A DNA stretch of 62,996 bases, the filler included, from Octopus bimaculoides (lineage: Eukaryota), in NCBI RefSeq assembly GCF_001194135.2. It is 5 parts of 5 records of this genome, joined end to end, with 100 filler letters (N's around TTAATTAATTAA, not from the genome) between each part and the next. Parts side by side here need not be neighbours in the genome. Positions count along the whole stretch, not along the records: positions 1 to 31,451 come from NC_068987.1; 4 more parts are not named here. The stretch is one strand, 5' to 3'. The position numbers and the translations under genes are program-made. The notes beneath the pieces were generated by a model that ran no database searches, was not told the DNA's origin, and saw nothing but the letters and a program-made list of their open reading frames with translations. This document shows positions 12,545 through 24,774 of this stretch, one piece after another (the stretch's first letter is position 1; every line of letters starts with the position of its first letter).

Positions 12545-12890
12545 CACATGAAAGGTGAAGTCAGCCTTGGTGGAGTTTGAACTCAGAACAAAGACTAACA
12601 AAATGCTGCTAAGCATTTTGCCATGCACAGTAATGATTCAGCCAGCTTTCTACCTTCACCTTCAATATTGGTCTCGAAGTTTGGTGCAAGGCCAGTAATT
12701 TTGGGGGATGGTCTAAGTTGATTACATCGACCCCAGTGCTTGACTGATACTGATTTTATCAATTCTGAAAGGATGAAAGGCAAAGTTGGCCTTGGTGGAA
12801 TTTGAACTCAAAACACAAAAGACAAACGGAATGCCACTAAGTATTTTGCCTGCTACAGTTACAATTCTGCCAGCTTGCCGTCTTACCTTT
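12545..12890 (-). mobile_element. Two tandem fragments of tRNA-derived SINE family B
   Basis: GGAATTTGAACTC (reverse-complement B box), GAAAGGATGAAAGGCAAAG, GATTACATCGACCCCAG. Same family at 14.1, 32.5, 33.1, 37.4, 42.0 and 48.7 kb. Confidence 0.75.
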
Positions 12891-12954
12891 GCATTGAATA
12901 CTGCTCTCATCTTTGGGCTGGTGTCTCCACTGAGTATTTTAACTTACCTATTTG

Positions 12955-13540
12955 AATTCAGAATCAAGTTGTAAACATGGTAAATCTTCTTTTCGTTAGG
13001 TTTAGGTCTTTGACTCATCATCAAAATGTATCACCACTGTGTGTTTTCTATAAATATTTTCAAAGTCATTGCTCTAGTAAACTTTCTGGTGTAGCATCCT
13101 CTGTCTATACCTTTAAATTTGTCAGCCACTTCTGTTTCTAGGCACATCATTTCTCTGTTAAGCTTCCTGTAAGTTATAAGTCTTATTCTAAAAGCATCTT
13201 TCCTTGAACTGTTGTTCTCTAGAAATCACTACCATCATCCTGCTTTCAAATCCAGAATCAAATTGTGAACATGGTAGGTCTGCTTCTTCATATTAAATTG
13301 ATGTCTTTGGGTCATCATTGAAATATACCCTCATTGTGTGTTTTCTATAAGTATTTCCATAGCCATTTCTCTGATAACCTTTTTCATCGAGTACTGTCTA
13401 TCAACACCTTTAAACATGTCACCTGCTTCTCTTCCCGGGCGTATCATTACTCTGTTGAGTTTCCTATTTGTCATGAGTCCTTTTATTCTAGTAGCTTCTT
13501 TTATCAAACTGCTCTTTCTCAAAAACTCACTACCATCATG
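12955..13540. repeat. Two diverged tandem copies of a 294-bp unit
   Basis: CAGAATCAA at 12959 and 13253. Both copies share TGTGTGTTTTCTATAA, ACCTTTAAA and TCACTACCATCAT. Confidence 0.8.
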
Positions 13541-14239
13541 AAAATTTTAAAGTTTAGTGAAAAAATTTAGTGATAAAAGGTAATGAAAAATTAGAATAAT
13601 ATTATTTTAAGGGGTTTGCTGTTTGGAAGGCATGACGATGGGGGTGGGGGAGATGAGGTGTTAGAAAAAGACTTGGATTTATAAAATTAATCTTTAAAAA
13701 GTGTTTTGAAATGTTGGATACTATAAAATCTATAAAATGTTGAAAAATTCCACCCCACCCAAATTTTATTGTCAGCTGCTCTTGAGAAGGTACGATGATG
13801 GATGGGTGGAAGATGTTCAAAAAAAGAAATGGATTTTAAAAATAATTTTTGAAAAAATAAAAAAGTGTATCCTTATGTGCTTTCAAATGTTTGATACTAT
13901 AAAATGAAGAAAAATCTGCCCCCAGTCTGCAAATTTAATGTTGGCTGCACTTTGGAAGACGTGACTTTGAGGAGGTGGAAGACGTTTGGAAAAGAAAATG
14001 GATTTTAAAAAGTAATTAAATAAAAAAAAGTCTATTTTGAAATGTGGGATACTATAACATTTGGAAAAATCCTGAAAAACAAAATGATGCCAGTTGCTCT
14101 TCTACATCAATCCCAGTACTCAAATTGGTACTTATTTCATCAATTCCGAAAGGATGAAAGACAAAATCGACCTCTGGTGAATTGGAAAATAGTACCTTAA
14201 AAATCAAAGGCCAGTAATTTTATAGAATGGGGGTTAAAT

Positions 14240-15636
14240 GCACGATTATTTATTTTATTATTTAGCTTGCATGTTTTCAAAATAACTGAGAATCGAAGTT
14301 AAACAAGGTTTTATGTAATATATTTGAGAGGATTATTAAAGTTTGTCTCAGGGATGTTCCACTAACATGCAGAATTCATTGGAAAAACTTTCTTGAGAGG
14401 ACCAAACATCTCAGTATTCGTAACACTAATGGATAGAACTGCCTTTGGCAGTAATTACAGCTTGAATTCTTCGAGGTATAGACTTGTACAAAGTTTGAAT
14501 TGTTTCCAAAGGAATTTTTGTCCAATCTTCAGCTAAAACAGTCTCCAGTTCTTGTAAGTGATGATGGTGGAGGATATCAACTCCTTATTTCTTTTTCTAA
14601 AATGCACCATAAATGTTCAATAATATTGAGATCTGGGGACTGTGGTGGCCAGATAAGATGTTCAACTTCACTAGAATGTTCCTCATGCCATTCAGTAACA
14701 ACTTTAGCTGTGTGAATTGGTGCATTATCATCCTGAAAGATTGCGTTTCCTTCCAGAAACAGTTTCATAACCACAGGATGAATTTGGTCAGATAAAATGC
14801 TTAAATAGTTTTGACTATTAATTCTGCCATGAAGGGAAACCATTGGGCCGGCAGATTTTCAAGATATAACCCCCCCACATCATCACAGAGCCTCTTCTAT
14901 GTTTAACTGTTGGAAGAAGGTAGTCTGGGTCAAATGCTTCTTTTGGCCGTCTCCACTCATATACTCGGCCAGTGGTCGGAAATAAGGTAAAAGATGACTC
15001 GTCCAACAAAATAACATTCTTCCACTGCTCTACGGACCAATTCTGTAGGTTTTTACTCCACTCTAAACGCTTTGCAACATTTGTTTTTGAAAGTAGTGGT
15101 TTTCTGATTGCAGCCCTCCCATGAAATCCGGCTTTGTGCAGCTCCAGGTGAACAGTTTTTGTGGAAAATGGGTTCTCGAGGTGGTCATTAAGTTCTGCAG
15201 TAATTTTGAGAGCCGTACTTTTGTGATCCTTTTTAATAATTCGCATAAATGTCTGACAGTTCCTATCTGAATGTTTTAGTTTCTTCTGGAGTTTTGTTTC
15301 GACGAGGAGGTTTTTTCCTCTTTCTCAAAGGCTGTCATTACTTTCAAGACAGTACTTCTTGATACACCAAACATTTCGGCTGTTTTCATTACGCTACAGC
15401 CTGCCGTACGAGCACCAACAATTTGACCTCTTTGAAAGTCCGATAGATCTGTCATTTTAATAAATTTTAATTACCTTTTTCTGATGATATCTGAAAAGAA
15501 ACAACAATTTTAGCAAAACATACTAAGCAACACTAATAATAAATAAAAAAACACAAAAATAAACAAGCTTTTGATAGTTTTATAGATATTTCAAAATTAT
15601 GATGCTAGGTGTTTCCATTATTTTGTCCAACCCCTG
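14240..15636 (-). mobile_element. Tc1-like DNA transposon with frameshifted transposase (ATG ~15455); one TIR visible
   Basis: MTDLSDFQRGQIVGAR (paired-like HTH), ILLDESSF, FQDDNAPIH, WPPQSPDLNIIE. TIR CAGGGGTTGGACAAAATAATGGAAACACC ends at 15636 next to TA. Confidence 0.92.
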
Positions 15637-16446
15637 TATATATTTACACACAGACACATAATTGTAATTACTTATACATCTAACTATAATGGACAAAGCT
15701 GCTTATTAATTAGGTATGTAACAATTACTAAAAGAAAGCAATTATTAAAGGGTTGACCGTTCTAAGTAATTTCCTATAATTTCAATTTCTCAAGTTTCTT
15801 GAACTTTTTAACTCCAATTTCTTGCAAATTTAAATATTCATTGCATTCGCTGCAGCCAATTCACAAATTTAAATATTCATTGCATTCACAACAGAGTATT
15901 CCATTCTCATTTGTCAAGTCTCTCATTTTCTCTTTTAAGTTTTCATTCACTATTTGGAAAACCAATAGTTTATTCTATTAATGTATATGTAATTTATTAT
16001 TTATTAAATGAAAATTCTTTAAATACTTGTATAATTTTTAAACACAGGTTAGCTGTGAGAAGAGCCTAGAAAGATGGGTAATTACTATTAGAAGACGAGG
16101 AGAGAAAAAAAGTCACCGACAAGTACTCAAAACTTGCACCTTATTCACAGTTTCCAAACACTCTGTACCACTAGGCCAATATATACGCAAACAAGTTGCA
16201 CAAGCGACTTCAACAATGATACACTTGTGCATACATATAGATACACATACACACAAATGAAAGGCAATGAATGTGTGTGTGTGTGGTTGTGTGTGTGTTT
16301 GCTGTTCACTGACAAAACTTTGTGCTGCATTACTTTTGTGAAGTTTTGTCAGTGAATAGGTCACGGTTTCAAAGTGAAGAAAATATTTTGACACAAATGA
16401 AATTTTAACGTTGAAGCGAAACTGGTAAGTATAGAGGTCCCTTAAT

Positions 16447-16665
16447 GGTACTACTTAAATACAGGTGTTACACACAAATCATTTTAAATGAATGCTATGT
16501 GGACGTGTAATGACACCCTAACCCTAACTAACCCTAAAACTAGCCCTAACCCTAACTAACCCTAAAACTAGCCCTAACCCTAACTTTAAAAACTAACCCT
16601 ACAACTAACTCTCCCCTTCATATTGTTATGTAGATGCATCAGGACCTCTGTATTTAAGTACTACC
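16447..16665. mobile_element. MITE-like element with 18-bp inverted repeats enclosing CCCTAA telomere-like repeats
   Basis: GGTACTACTTAAATACAG (16447-16464) vs CTGTATTTAAGTACTACC (16648-16665), 17/18 complementary. Internal 28-bp unit CCCTAACCCTAACTAACCCTAAAACTAG x2.5 from 16516. Confidence 0.65.
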
Positions 16666-18409
16666 GTGAAACTAACGGTTTCTGTGTGTTCTTGAATGGC
16701 TTACAAACACCTACGCTGCAATTGTTTTTGTTTCAGCACATGATCTCAAATCAAGTCACTTGCTATGCAAGAACATCGCTGTAATTTTTTTTTTAATGCC
16801 AGCAATGACCTTCTCAGGCTCTCCAATATTTTAATTTCTAACCAGAAACAATCGGGGTAAGAGAGTGGAGTTGCAAAAAATTCATAATTTCTCAAATTTT
16901 CTTTTTTATAGCATATAAATGTATTTATGGAAGAAAAATATTGAAAAACATCAATACATGCAAGGGTGATAAAGAAACAAGGAGGGTAGTCTTTGGATGT
17001 GCTAGAAATAACAGCCAAATCGCCCTTAAATCACTCACTTTTCCCTCTGAAAATATTAACAATTTTTGAAAATTATTTTACTGAAAATGCTCTTCCCATG
17101 GTTTTGAAGTGCAAAGAAAAATTGGCCAAAATAGGTCTGGAGTGGAATGATGAGGGAGGGGGTGTAAAAAAAAGAGTTTACATACAAAGATACCCCCCCT
17201 CCCCATCATTTCGAAGGCTGTGGTTTAAAAAAAAAAAACAAGGAAAATCCTTGAAAAAATTTTCCCCACAAATTTCTTTATAGTCATAATCTATGCCGTT
17301 TGAAAGGGATTTGTATAAATTTCATTAAATGATACCACTCTTCCTGAAAGTTATGAGGGAAAAGAGTCAGATTGTGTGAATTTTCCAAAACTCCTCTCTC
17401 CACCCCCTCGGAAAAATTCTTTCTCATAAATCCCTATATACTCTGAAGCCACAGCATTTAAGCAGTATTTCTAGAAAATTTTGTTAAGAAGTATCCATTT
17501 TTCTGAGGGTGTATACAGCTGTAGTAATGCCCTTTTATTTATACGATTTTTTCATTTCATGTTTATTTCATTTATTTGCAATGTTCTCTCTCCCCACACT
17601 CTCTCTCTCTCTCTCACACACTGCAAAGCTTACAGAAACTTTGAGGGGAAGGTAAAACTTGACAAATTGCTTCTCCCTCTGTTGTTGGATTACTGTGAAG
17701 TTTGTTTAAAAAAGAGAGATTATGACTGATAAAATGATGCAAACAATACTCATTGTGTTTGCAGGAGGTGTTTTCTGTGTGTGTATTATATCTGCATGTG
17801 TATATGAAGTGTGTGTGTGTGAAATATCTGTGTATATATAATGTACGCGTGTATAAAATATGTGTATGTATATAGTCAATGTAAAATATCTATAAATGTA
17901 TGTAAAAGATGTGTGTGTATAAAATGTCTTTGTATATATAAAGTGTATGTGTAAAATATGTGTAATATCACTATGCATGTATAACTTGGTGAATTTGCAT
18001 ATAGTGTTAAAATTTGTTTTTGTTCTTAACTTTCTTAAATGGACAGAAAACGATTAAACACACTCTGCTTTTCCTTACTTTTCTTCATTTATTTTTCATC
18101 CTATAAACATTATACTGTATACACGATATTGTATGATATACACGTATTTTAAGAATATCAAGTGAATTAATACAGATTAAACATATTCTGCTTCAGAAAA
18201 GTATTAATTTGTATCTGTATCTGTTAAATAAAATCATGTTCTTTAATTTTCATCCTATAAACATTATATCGTATACATAGTACAATATGGCATATATTAA
18301 GTGGAATTAATACCAAACAGGCCCTGCTTTAGAAATGTATTTATCTGAATTTGTTAAATACAATTTAGGGCACTATCACGCTATTAGATGTCAGAAGTGA
18401 AAGTAGTCG

Positions 18410-18555
18410 CTGTCTGTCTGTCTGTCTGCCTGCATGCCTGTTGGTGGTCTGTCAGCCTGCTTGCCTGTCTGCCTGCATGCCTGCATGCCTGCTGCTGGCC
18501 TGTCTGCCTGCTTGCCTGCTGCTGGCCTGTCTGCCTGCTGAGCTATCTGTCTGCT
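18410..18555. repeat. Imperfect (TGTC/TGCC)n tetranucleotide repeat
   Basis: Direct inspection. Confidence 0.9.
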
Positions 18556-18845
18556 GGTTTGAGTTGATACTTTGGCTTACTTACTTACTGATATCTATCT
18601 ACTATGTATCTATCTATCAATTATTAGAAAACACAAATTTAATATAAAAACATTTTCCTGAAATTGCAAATTATTTAAAATATAAAAATATAATTTTCAA
18701 CAGAGAGAATTTATCAAAATAGAAAACAAATGAAGTTCAGTTTAAAGTTTATAAATAAATATATTTCATTCCATGTTCAGTTTAAACTTTATGAATAAAT
18801 GTATTTTTGCATTATTCATTATTGTTTTTAAAAATAAATCACATA

Positions 18846-19745
18846 TACCCATCATACCCAANNNNNNNNNNNNNNNNNNNNNNNNNNNNNNNNNNNNNNN
18901 NNNNNNNNNNNNNNNNNNNNNNNNNNNNNNNNNNNNNNNNNNNNNNNNNNNNNNNNNNNNNNNNNNNNNNNNNNNNNNNNNNNNNNNNNNNNNNNNNNNN
19001 NNNNNNNNNNNNNNNNNNNNNNNNNNNNNNNNNNNNNNNNNNNNNNNNNNNNNNNNNNNNNNNNNNNNNNNNNNNNNNNNNNNNNNNNNNNNNNNNNNNN
19101 NNNNNNNNNNNNNNNNNNNNNNNNNNNNNNNNNNNNNNNNNNNNNNNNNNNNNNNNNNNNNNNNNNNNNNNNNNNNNNNNNNNNNNNNNNNNNNNNNNNN
19201 NNNNNNNNNNNNNNNNNNNNNNNNNNNNNNNNNNNNNNNNNNNNNNNNNNNNNNNNNNNNNNNNNNNNNNNNNNNNNNNNNNNNNNNNNNNNNNNNNNNN
19301 NNNNNNNNNNNNNNNNNNNNNNNNNNNNNNNNNNNNNNNNNNNNNNNNNNNNNNNNNNNNNNNNNNNNNNNNNNNNNNNNNNNNNNNNNNNNNNNNNNNN
19401 NNNNNNNNNNNNNNNNNNNNNNNNNNNNNNNNNNNNNNNNNNNNNNNNNNNNNNNNNNNNNNNNNNNNNNNNNNNNNNNNNNNNNNNNNNNNNNNNNNNN
19501 NNNNNNNNNNNNNNNNNNNNNNNNNNNNNNNNNNNNNNNNNNNNNNNNNNNNNNNNNNNNNNNNNNNNNNNNNNNNNNNNNNNNNNNNNNNNNNNNNNNN
19601 NNNNNNNNNNNNNNNNNNGATTAATTCCATTTGCACTGGGATATGTAGAAGTCATCGTGAAAAACCTGCAACTAATTTGTTCTCGTGTAGATTTCAATTT
19701 GAATTACGCGCGCTTTTGGGTGTTCGTTGGTGGGTATGATGGGTA
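18846..19745. mobile_element. Possible TIR element, mostly in a gap
   Basis: TACCCATCATACCCA at 18846 and its complement TGGGTATGATGGGTA at ~19731-19745 flank the N run. Confidence 0.4.
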
Positions 19746-20199
19746 ATTCTTGTAGAATTCCGTAGAATTTAAACAAGCGAAGGTAAGGTGGACGAGAATT
19801 TAAACAAATGAAGTTCAGTTTAAAGTTTATAAATAAATATATTTCATTCCATGTTCAGTTTAAACTTTATGAATAAATGTATTTTTGCATTATTCATTAT
19901 TGTTTTTAAAAATAAATCACATATACCCATCATACCCAATTATTTTTGCCAGATGCTTGTTTAAAAGTTCTTTCCCTTGTATTATTATTGACAGTCGCTA
20001 TGCAGAGTTACTTCCCCTCCCCAATAAATTGGTTAGAACTTAAAAAATGGGTGTTTTTCTATCAAGAAATCCTCCATTAGCAAGGCTGATATAGGTGGCT
20101 GAATATTGCGTAGCTAATTTTAATCTTACAATAAAATACGTGTGTATCTATATATATAAAATACGTCGGCTACTCCACTAAAATTATACCCACGCTATC

Positions 20200-23000
20200 C
20201 AACAAGCTTTACACTTGTATGATGTTGAAAAAGATACTGGACGTGATTAGGCATATGAGGTGGGAAACATTCTACCACGACCTAACTGCACCATCCCTGG
20301 AGAACAACAACAGTGGAATCAGATCGATGCACCCAAACTCAAGGACCTCAATCCGTTCGAGGCGGACCTACTGAGCATCATTCCCAAGCTGAAATTTTTT
20401 AAGTCCTCTTCTTCCTTCCAAGACAAGCACTGGACCAACATTAGATTGTTAAAAAACTCAGGTCCTTAATCTTCTCTGATAAGACGAAAAACTCATATAG
20501 GATAGACACCCTAGATTACAATAGATTGCTAGAAAATAACATCACACAAAATTATAGGCGTGATTCCCCACACACATATAACAACATCAACTGTGGAGCC
20601 AAAAAACTAGCTAATGAACTAGAGATAGCGGACAAGGTAGAAATTCTAATGCCTTTATTACCATAAAAGATCATAAACCGAACTTTGCCTCAAATCCTAA
20701 ATGCCATCTGATCAATCCAGCCAAATCCGAGATTGGTATGGTAAGCAAGCATGTACTGAGAGATATCAATAACGACATAAGGAGGGTTACCAACCTTTCC
20801 CTGTGGTACAACATCAACGAAGTGACCGCATGGTTTAACACCAACATGGAAAGAGGCAGAGCAAGGTTCACCCAGTTTGATATAGTGACTTTTACCCGTC
20901 TATAACTGTCTACTACTGGCCAAGAAGCTTTCTTTCGGTAGGGACTTCACTGACATTGGCAACAGAGATACAGAAGTCATTATGCATGCCAGAAAGACAG
21001 TGCTATTCAACAAAGGTTCGACATGAGTTAAGCAATCCGACCCCATGGGCTCCTTTGATATAGCAATGGGAGCCTATGACAGCGCTGGTGTATGCAACCT
21101 TATTGGGTTGTATATCCTCGATACCCTTAGGAAAAAGTTCCCCTCTATCCTCTTTGGCCTCTACAGAGATGATGCCCTGGCCATCTCTAGGGGAGAAAAT
21201 GGGGATACACTAGACAGGCTTAGAAAAGATCTAATCAGCACACTTGCCTCTATGGGATTGACAATCACCATAGAGACCAACCTCACAACTGTGGACTTCT
21301 TCCAACACAACTGTCTTCCCTCCACCCACCATGTTCAAAAACTTGGTAATGGGTGTTAGTAAGAGGATCACAAACCTTTCCTCCAGCCAGGAGATTTTCA
21401 ACGCAGTGACCCTGTACTATAACAAGGCCCTAGCTGCCAGCAGATTTAGAGACTGCATCTCCTAGATGTTGGAACCCAACAACCACAGTAGGAAGTACTG
21501 CAGAAATAAAATTTGGTTTTCCCCTGACCCCTTCTCACTTAACACAAAAATGCCCGTTGGTAGAATATTCCTTATATTAATAGATAAGCATTTCACTAGC
21601 TCCCATATGTACGGGTCCATTTTCCACTGGCACAACGTTAGAATATTGTTTAGCTGTGCTCCCAATATTAAGAGCATCATAGTTAGCACCCCTAAGCCAC
21701 AGGAAGAGTTAGGATGTTCATGCAGGGACCACAACAGATACCCGGTGGGAGGCCACTGTGAAACGAAAGGGGTTGTCTATGAAGCCGAAATACTAGCAAA
21801 CCTTAGAATACCACTGGTAGAAGTAATAGCAGCCATAGACACAAGAACAGAACCAGCAACTCTGCCACCATTTCCACAGTTGACAACATTATCAGCAATA
21901 GCAACAACACAAACAACAACAACAGTAGCAAGATTGCCATCAACACCAGCATTACCAAAAGCTTCCCTAACGTCCACAGTAGCAGACCTGTCAACCCCTA
22001 TAGCAGCAGCAACAGGTCCAGTGCCACCACCAACTATAACGGCAATAACAGCAGCTGCAGCGGCAGTGGCCCTAGCAGAAACACTAGTGGAACCACAGCT
22101 AATGACACCTCTAGCAGCAATGGCAACTCTCTCACCAATGAAGAGGACTACAATAACAACAATAGTGCCTCCACCATAACTGGCAGTGGTAATACCATTT
22201 CCAACACCACCACTACCTCCAGCAATGCCAACACCAGCTGTCCCAGCTCCAACAACACCAGCAGGTACAACACTGACAACACACACCCATGGAGATACGC
22301 TGGATGTTCCAGGAACTCTTTCAAACAACATCTCTCCAACCACAGGTCCTCCTTCAGCGTTCCAGAAAGAAGATACAACATCACTGGTCAGTCACATCTG
22401 GTAACTAAGGGATGATGGGATTCCATACTTGATCTCATGGAAAATCCTCTAAAACCTAGGCCCCTACATCAATGAGACGCATTGCAAGTTACGCGTAGCT
22501 GAACACACAAAAATCATAAAACACTCACTCGAACCAGGGAACAACCTTAACTGTCCAGGAAGGGTAGTTTGTGGCTGTATTCCATTGTAAACTGGATACT
22601 GTGGTTAATGCTGTTGATTAAGTTTTTAAATTTTACAAACACCAATCAAAACCAAACTTCAGCAAATACAACAAAATGACCCTTTAAGAGAATCAACCAA
22701 CCAGAACGACTGATGACCATTCCCCACAGGGAAGCCAACCAGGCAGAATGACAAACTTGACCACCAGAAAACCAAGACGTCACCAGTACTTCAATGAATC
22801 AAAAATCAAATTTGCTTGCGAAAAAACTTAGAAATACACCGCATTCCAAAACACCGTTACAAGTGAAAGTTCCAACACACGGAAATAGGATCATAGAAAT
22901 TGTAAACCAAATCCCTTTTTTTTACTATCTTCACTTCTACCTTGTTGTTTCCCCTCTTAACTCAGTATGACTAAAACTTTGATGATATTCATTTCTTGTC
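20200..23000 (+). mobile_element. Degenerate Penelope-like retroelement (RT + C-terminal GIY-YIG) with a large low-complexity insert in the nuclease
   Basis: KDHKPNFASNPKCHLINPAKSEIG, FDIV, FDIAMGAYDSAGVCNLIGLYIL...GLYRDDAL...ITIETNLTTVDF, KIWFSPDPFS, CSCR...GGHCETKGVVYEAE, YAGCSRNSFKQHLSNHRSSF, TSLVSHIW. Confidence 0.88.
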
Positions 23001-23388
23001 GATCACTACTAACACTAATGAGCTTTGTACATTCAAACAAATTGATGCACAGTTTTAATATTATTGACTGTTATGAACATTTAAAATTGTCAACATCGAA
23101 ATTTTTGAACATGTTTTTCTAATTCCTAATTCTAAATTTGTCTCTTAAGAACATCTAAATTTGTCAAAACTGAAACATTTAAATATGTTTTTCTAATTCA
23201 TAATTCTAAATTTTTAACATTAATAAACACAAAATATTGTTGCAACTAGTTTGGTATATATGTAAATAAATTTATTTTAAACAATTACAAGTTTTTCAAA
23301 TTTAGGTGCATTTTCAAAAACAAATTAGCATATATATATATGAATATATATATATATTGAACCGAATAAGTGTCACATATTTTTACAG

Positions 23389-23421
<33 letters not shown>

Positions 23422-24068
23422 NNNNNNNNNNNNNNNNNNNNNNNNNNNNNNNNNNNNNNNNNNNNNNNNNNNNNNNNNNNNNNNNNNNNNNNNNNNNNNN
23501 NNNNNNNNNNNNNTAAAACTGATCCATTGAAAATACTTTATTATAATAATAATAATAACAATAATGAAAATGACCTATGCACATTTCGATGCAATATCCA
23601 GAATGATTAATACATATTATAAAATATTATGAAATATTATAAAATATGGGATACTCCATCTCCTCGGGGTCCCATTATTATTATTATTATTATTATTAGT
23701 ATTAGTAATATGCAGCCAATAAAAACAGAAAACATTCAAATCCAATTTTCATAGTTGACCCATGAAAATATACAAAACAGGATGAAAAGGTATGAGATGA
23801 TATACATTTGACTAAGTTCCTCTATTTTAAATGTTATCTCTAATATCTTAGTTTTTCTACGGTATGAATACTGTATTTTCTTTGATGTTTATAACTCCAA
23901 TGTTTTTTTTTTTATTCTATATTCTATAGCGTCCTCAATTAGTTAACAACTGAACATCATTATGTTTGAATTAATTTACCATTTGCTTGTGACCTATACC
24001 TTTAGGATGAACGGTTGTATATCATCTCATACCTTAGGAATGAGAACCCAGGTTCAAAATTTCCCCAA

Positions 24069-24114
24069 GACACCTGATGAAGGCTGGAGGGTATATCAGC
24101 CGAAATGTTGTGTT
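24069..24114 (+). ncRNA. Minimal type I hammerhead ribozyme motif in a PLE-LTR-like repeat (~23990-24200)
   Basis: GACAC-CTGATGA-A-GGCTG(GAGGGTATAT)CAGCC-GAAA-TGTT^GTGTT. Stem I is 5 bp (one G-U); stem II is 5 bp perfect. A second partial copy at 33926-33990 keeps GAAACGTT. Confidence 0.75.
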
Positions 24115-24774
24115 AACAACAAACAAGATGAGGACAAATATCCGTCAAATATAAATAATGTACATAATTCTTCATCTCTTAAATATAGAACTGTATTAAC
24201 AAAATAGGAATTTTGAAAAAAAGTGTCTATAAAATTAATTTTTAAACATCAAATGGTTATGGGGGTCCACCAGAATAAAATAGTAATCAAAGGGGTTTAA
24301 GGTTGAGAACCACTGCCTTAGATTATGGTTTGTTTCAGCCATGTGTTGAGCTATGTGGTGTCTAAAAGTAAATAAGGTTGCTTGAGGTACAAAGTGGCCA
24401 GTCATTTTGGAACTGAGTTTGTGAGCTGGTTATGAGTGAATTACTGGTGATGAAAGGATAAGTATAGCACAGAGAGCAGGTAGTTGTATTTGAAACAGCC
24501 AGAGCTTCTGACCAAGAGGCTGCATGAGTTTTTGTCTGTTCTAAAGGAAAGGAGGGAAGATTGTGAAAGACAGAAAGAGTTTTAAGATCAGAAAGTAAAA
24601 GTTGAAGAGGATATTCTACTGAAGTGATACAACTAACAAGTTAAAGTAATGGCACAGAATAGAACATTATCCTTAGGTGTATGCATATGAAGAAGAAATG
24701 TGCACGGTTAGTGGTCCAGGCTTGACAGAGAGTGGTGTTGATTGTCAATTCAGGATAGAACTGCAAGTGGAAAA

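Noticed and set aside
18093-18380. Small diverged tandem duplications (~153 bp here; ~39 bp at 15822-15885; ~80 bp at 23100-23220; 58158/58326)
   Set aside because: Ordinary slippage products in AT-rich DNA with no further structure.
18724-19939. 138-bp identical direct repeat (18724-18861 / 19802-19939)
   Set aside because: 100% identical and the left copy ends exactly at a gap edge; most likely a contig-overlap or haplotype artefact.
21466-22404. Host mucin-like gene
   Set aside because: Embedded between PLE RT and GIY-YIG motifs; treated as part of the retroelement (see findings).
22975-23012. Possible hammerhead remnant at the end of the second PLE (TTGATGAT...GTCGATCACTACT); also CTGATGACC...GGGAAG at ~22710
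   Set aside because: Core nucleotides are mutated and stems cannot be drawn convincingly.
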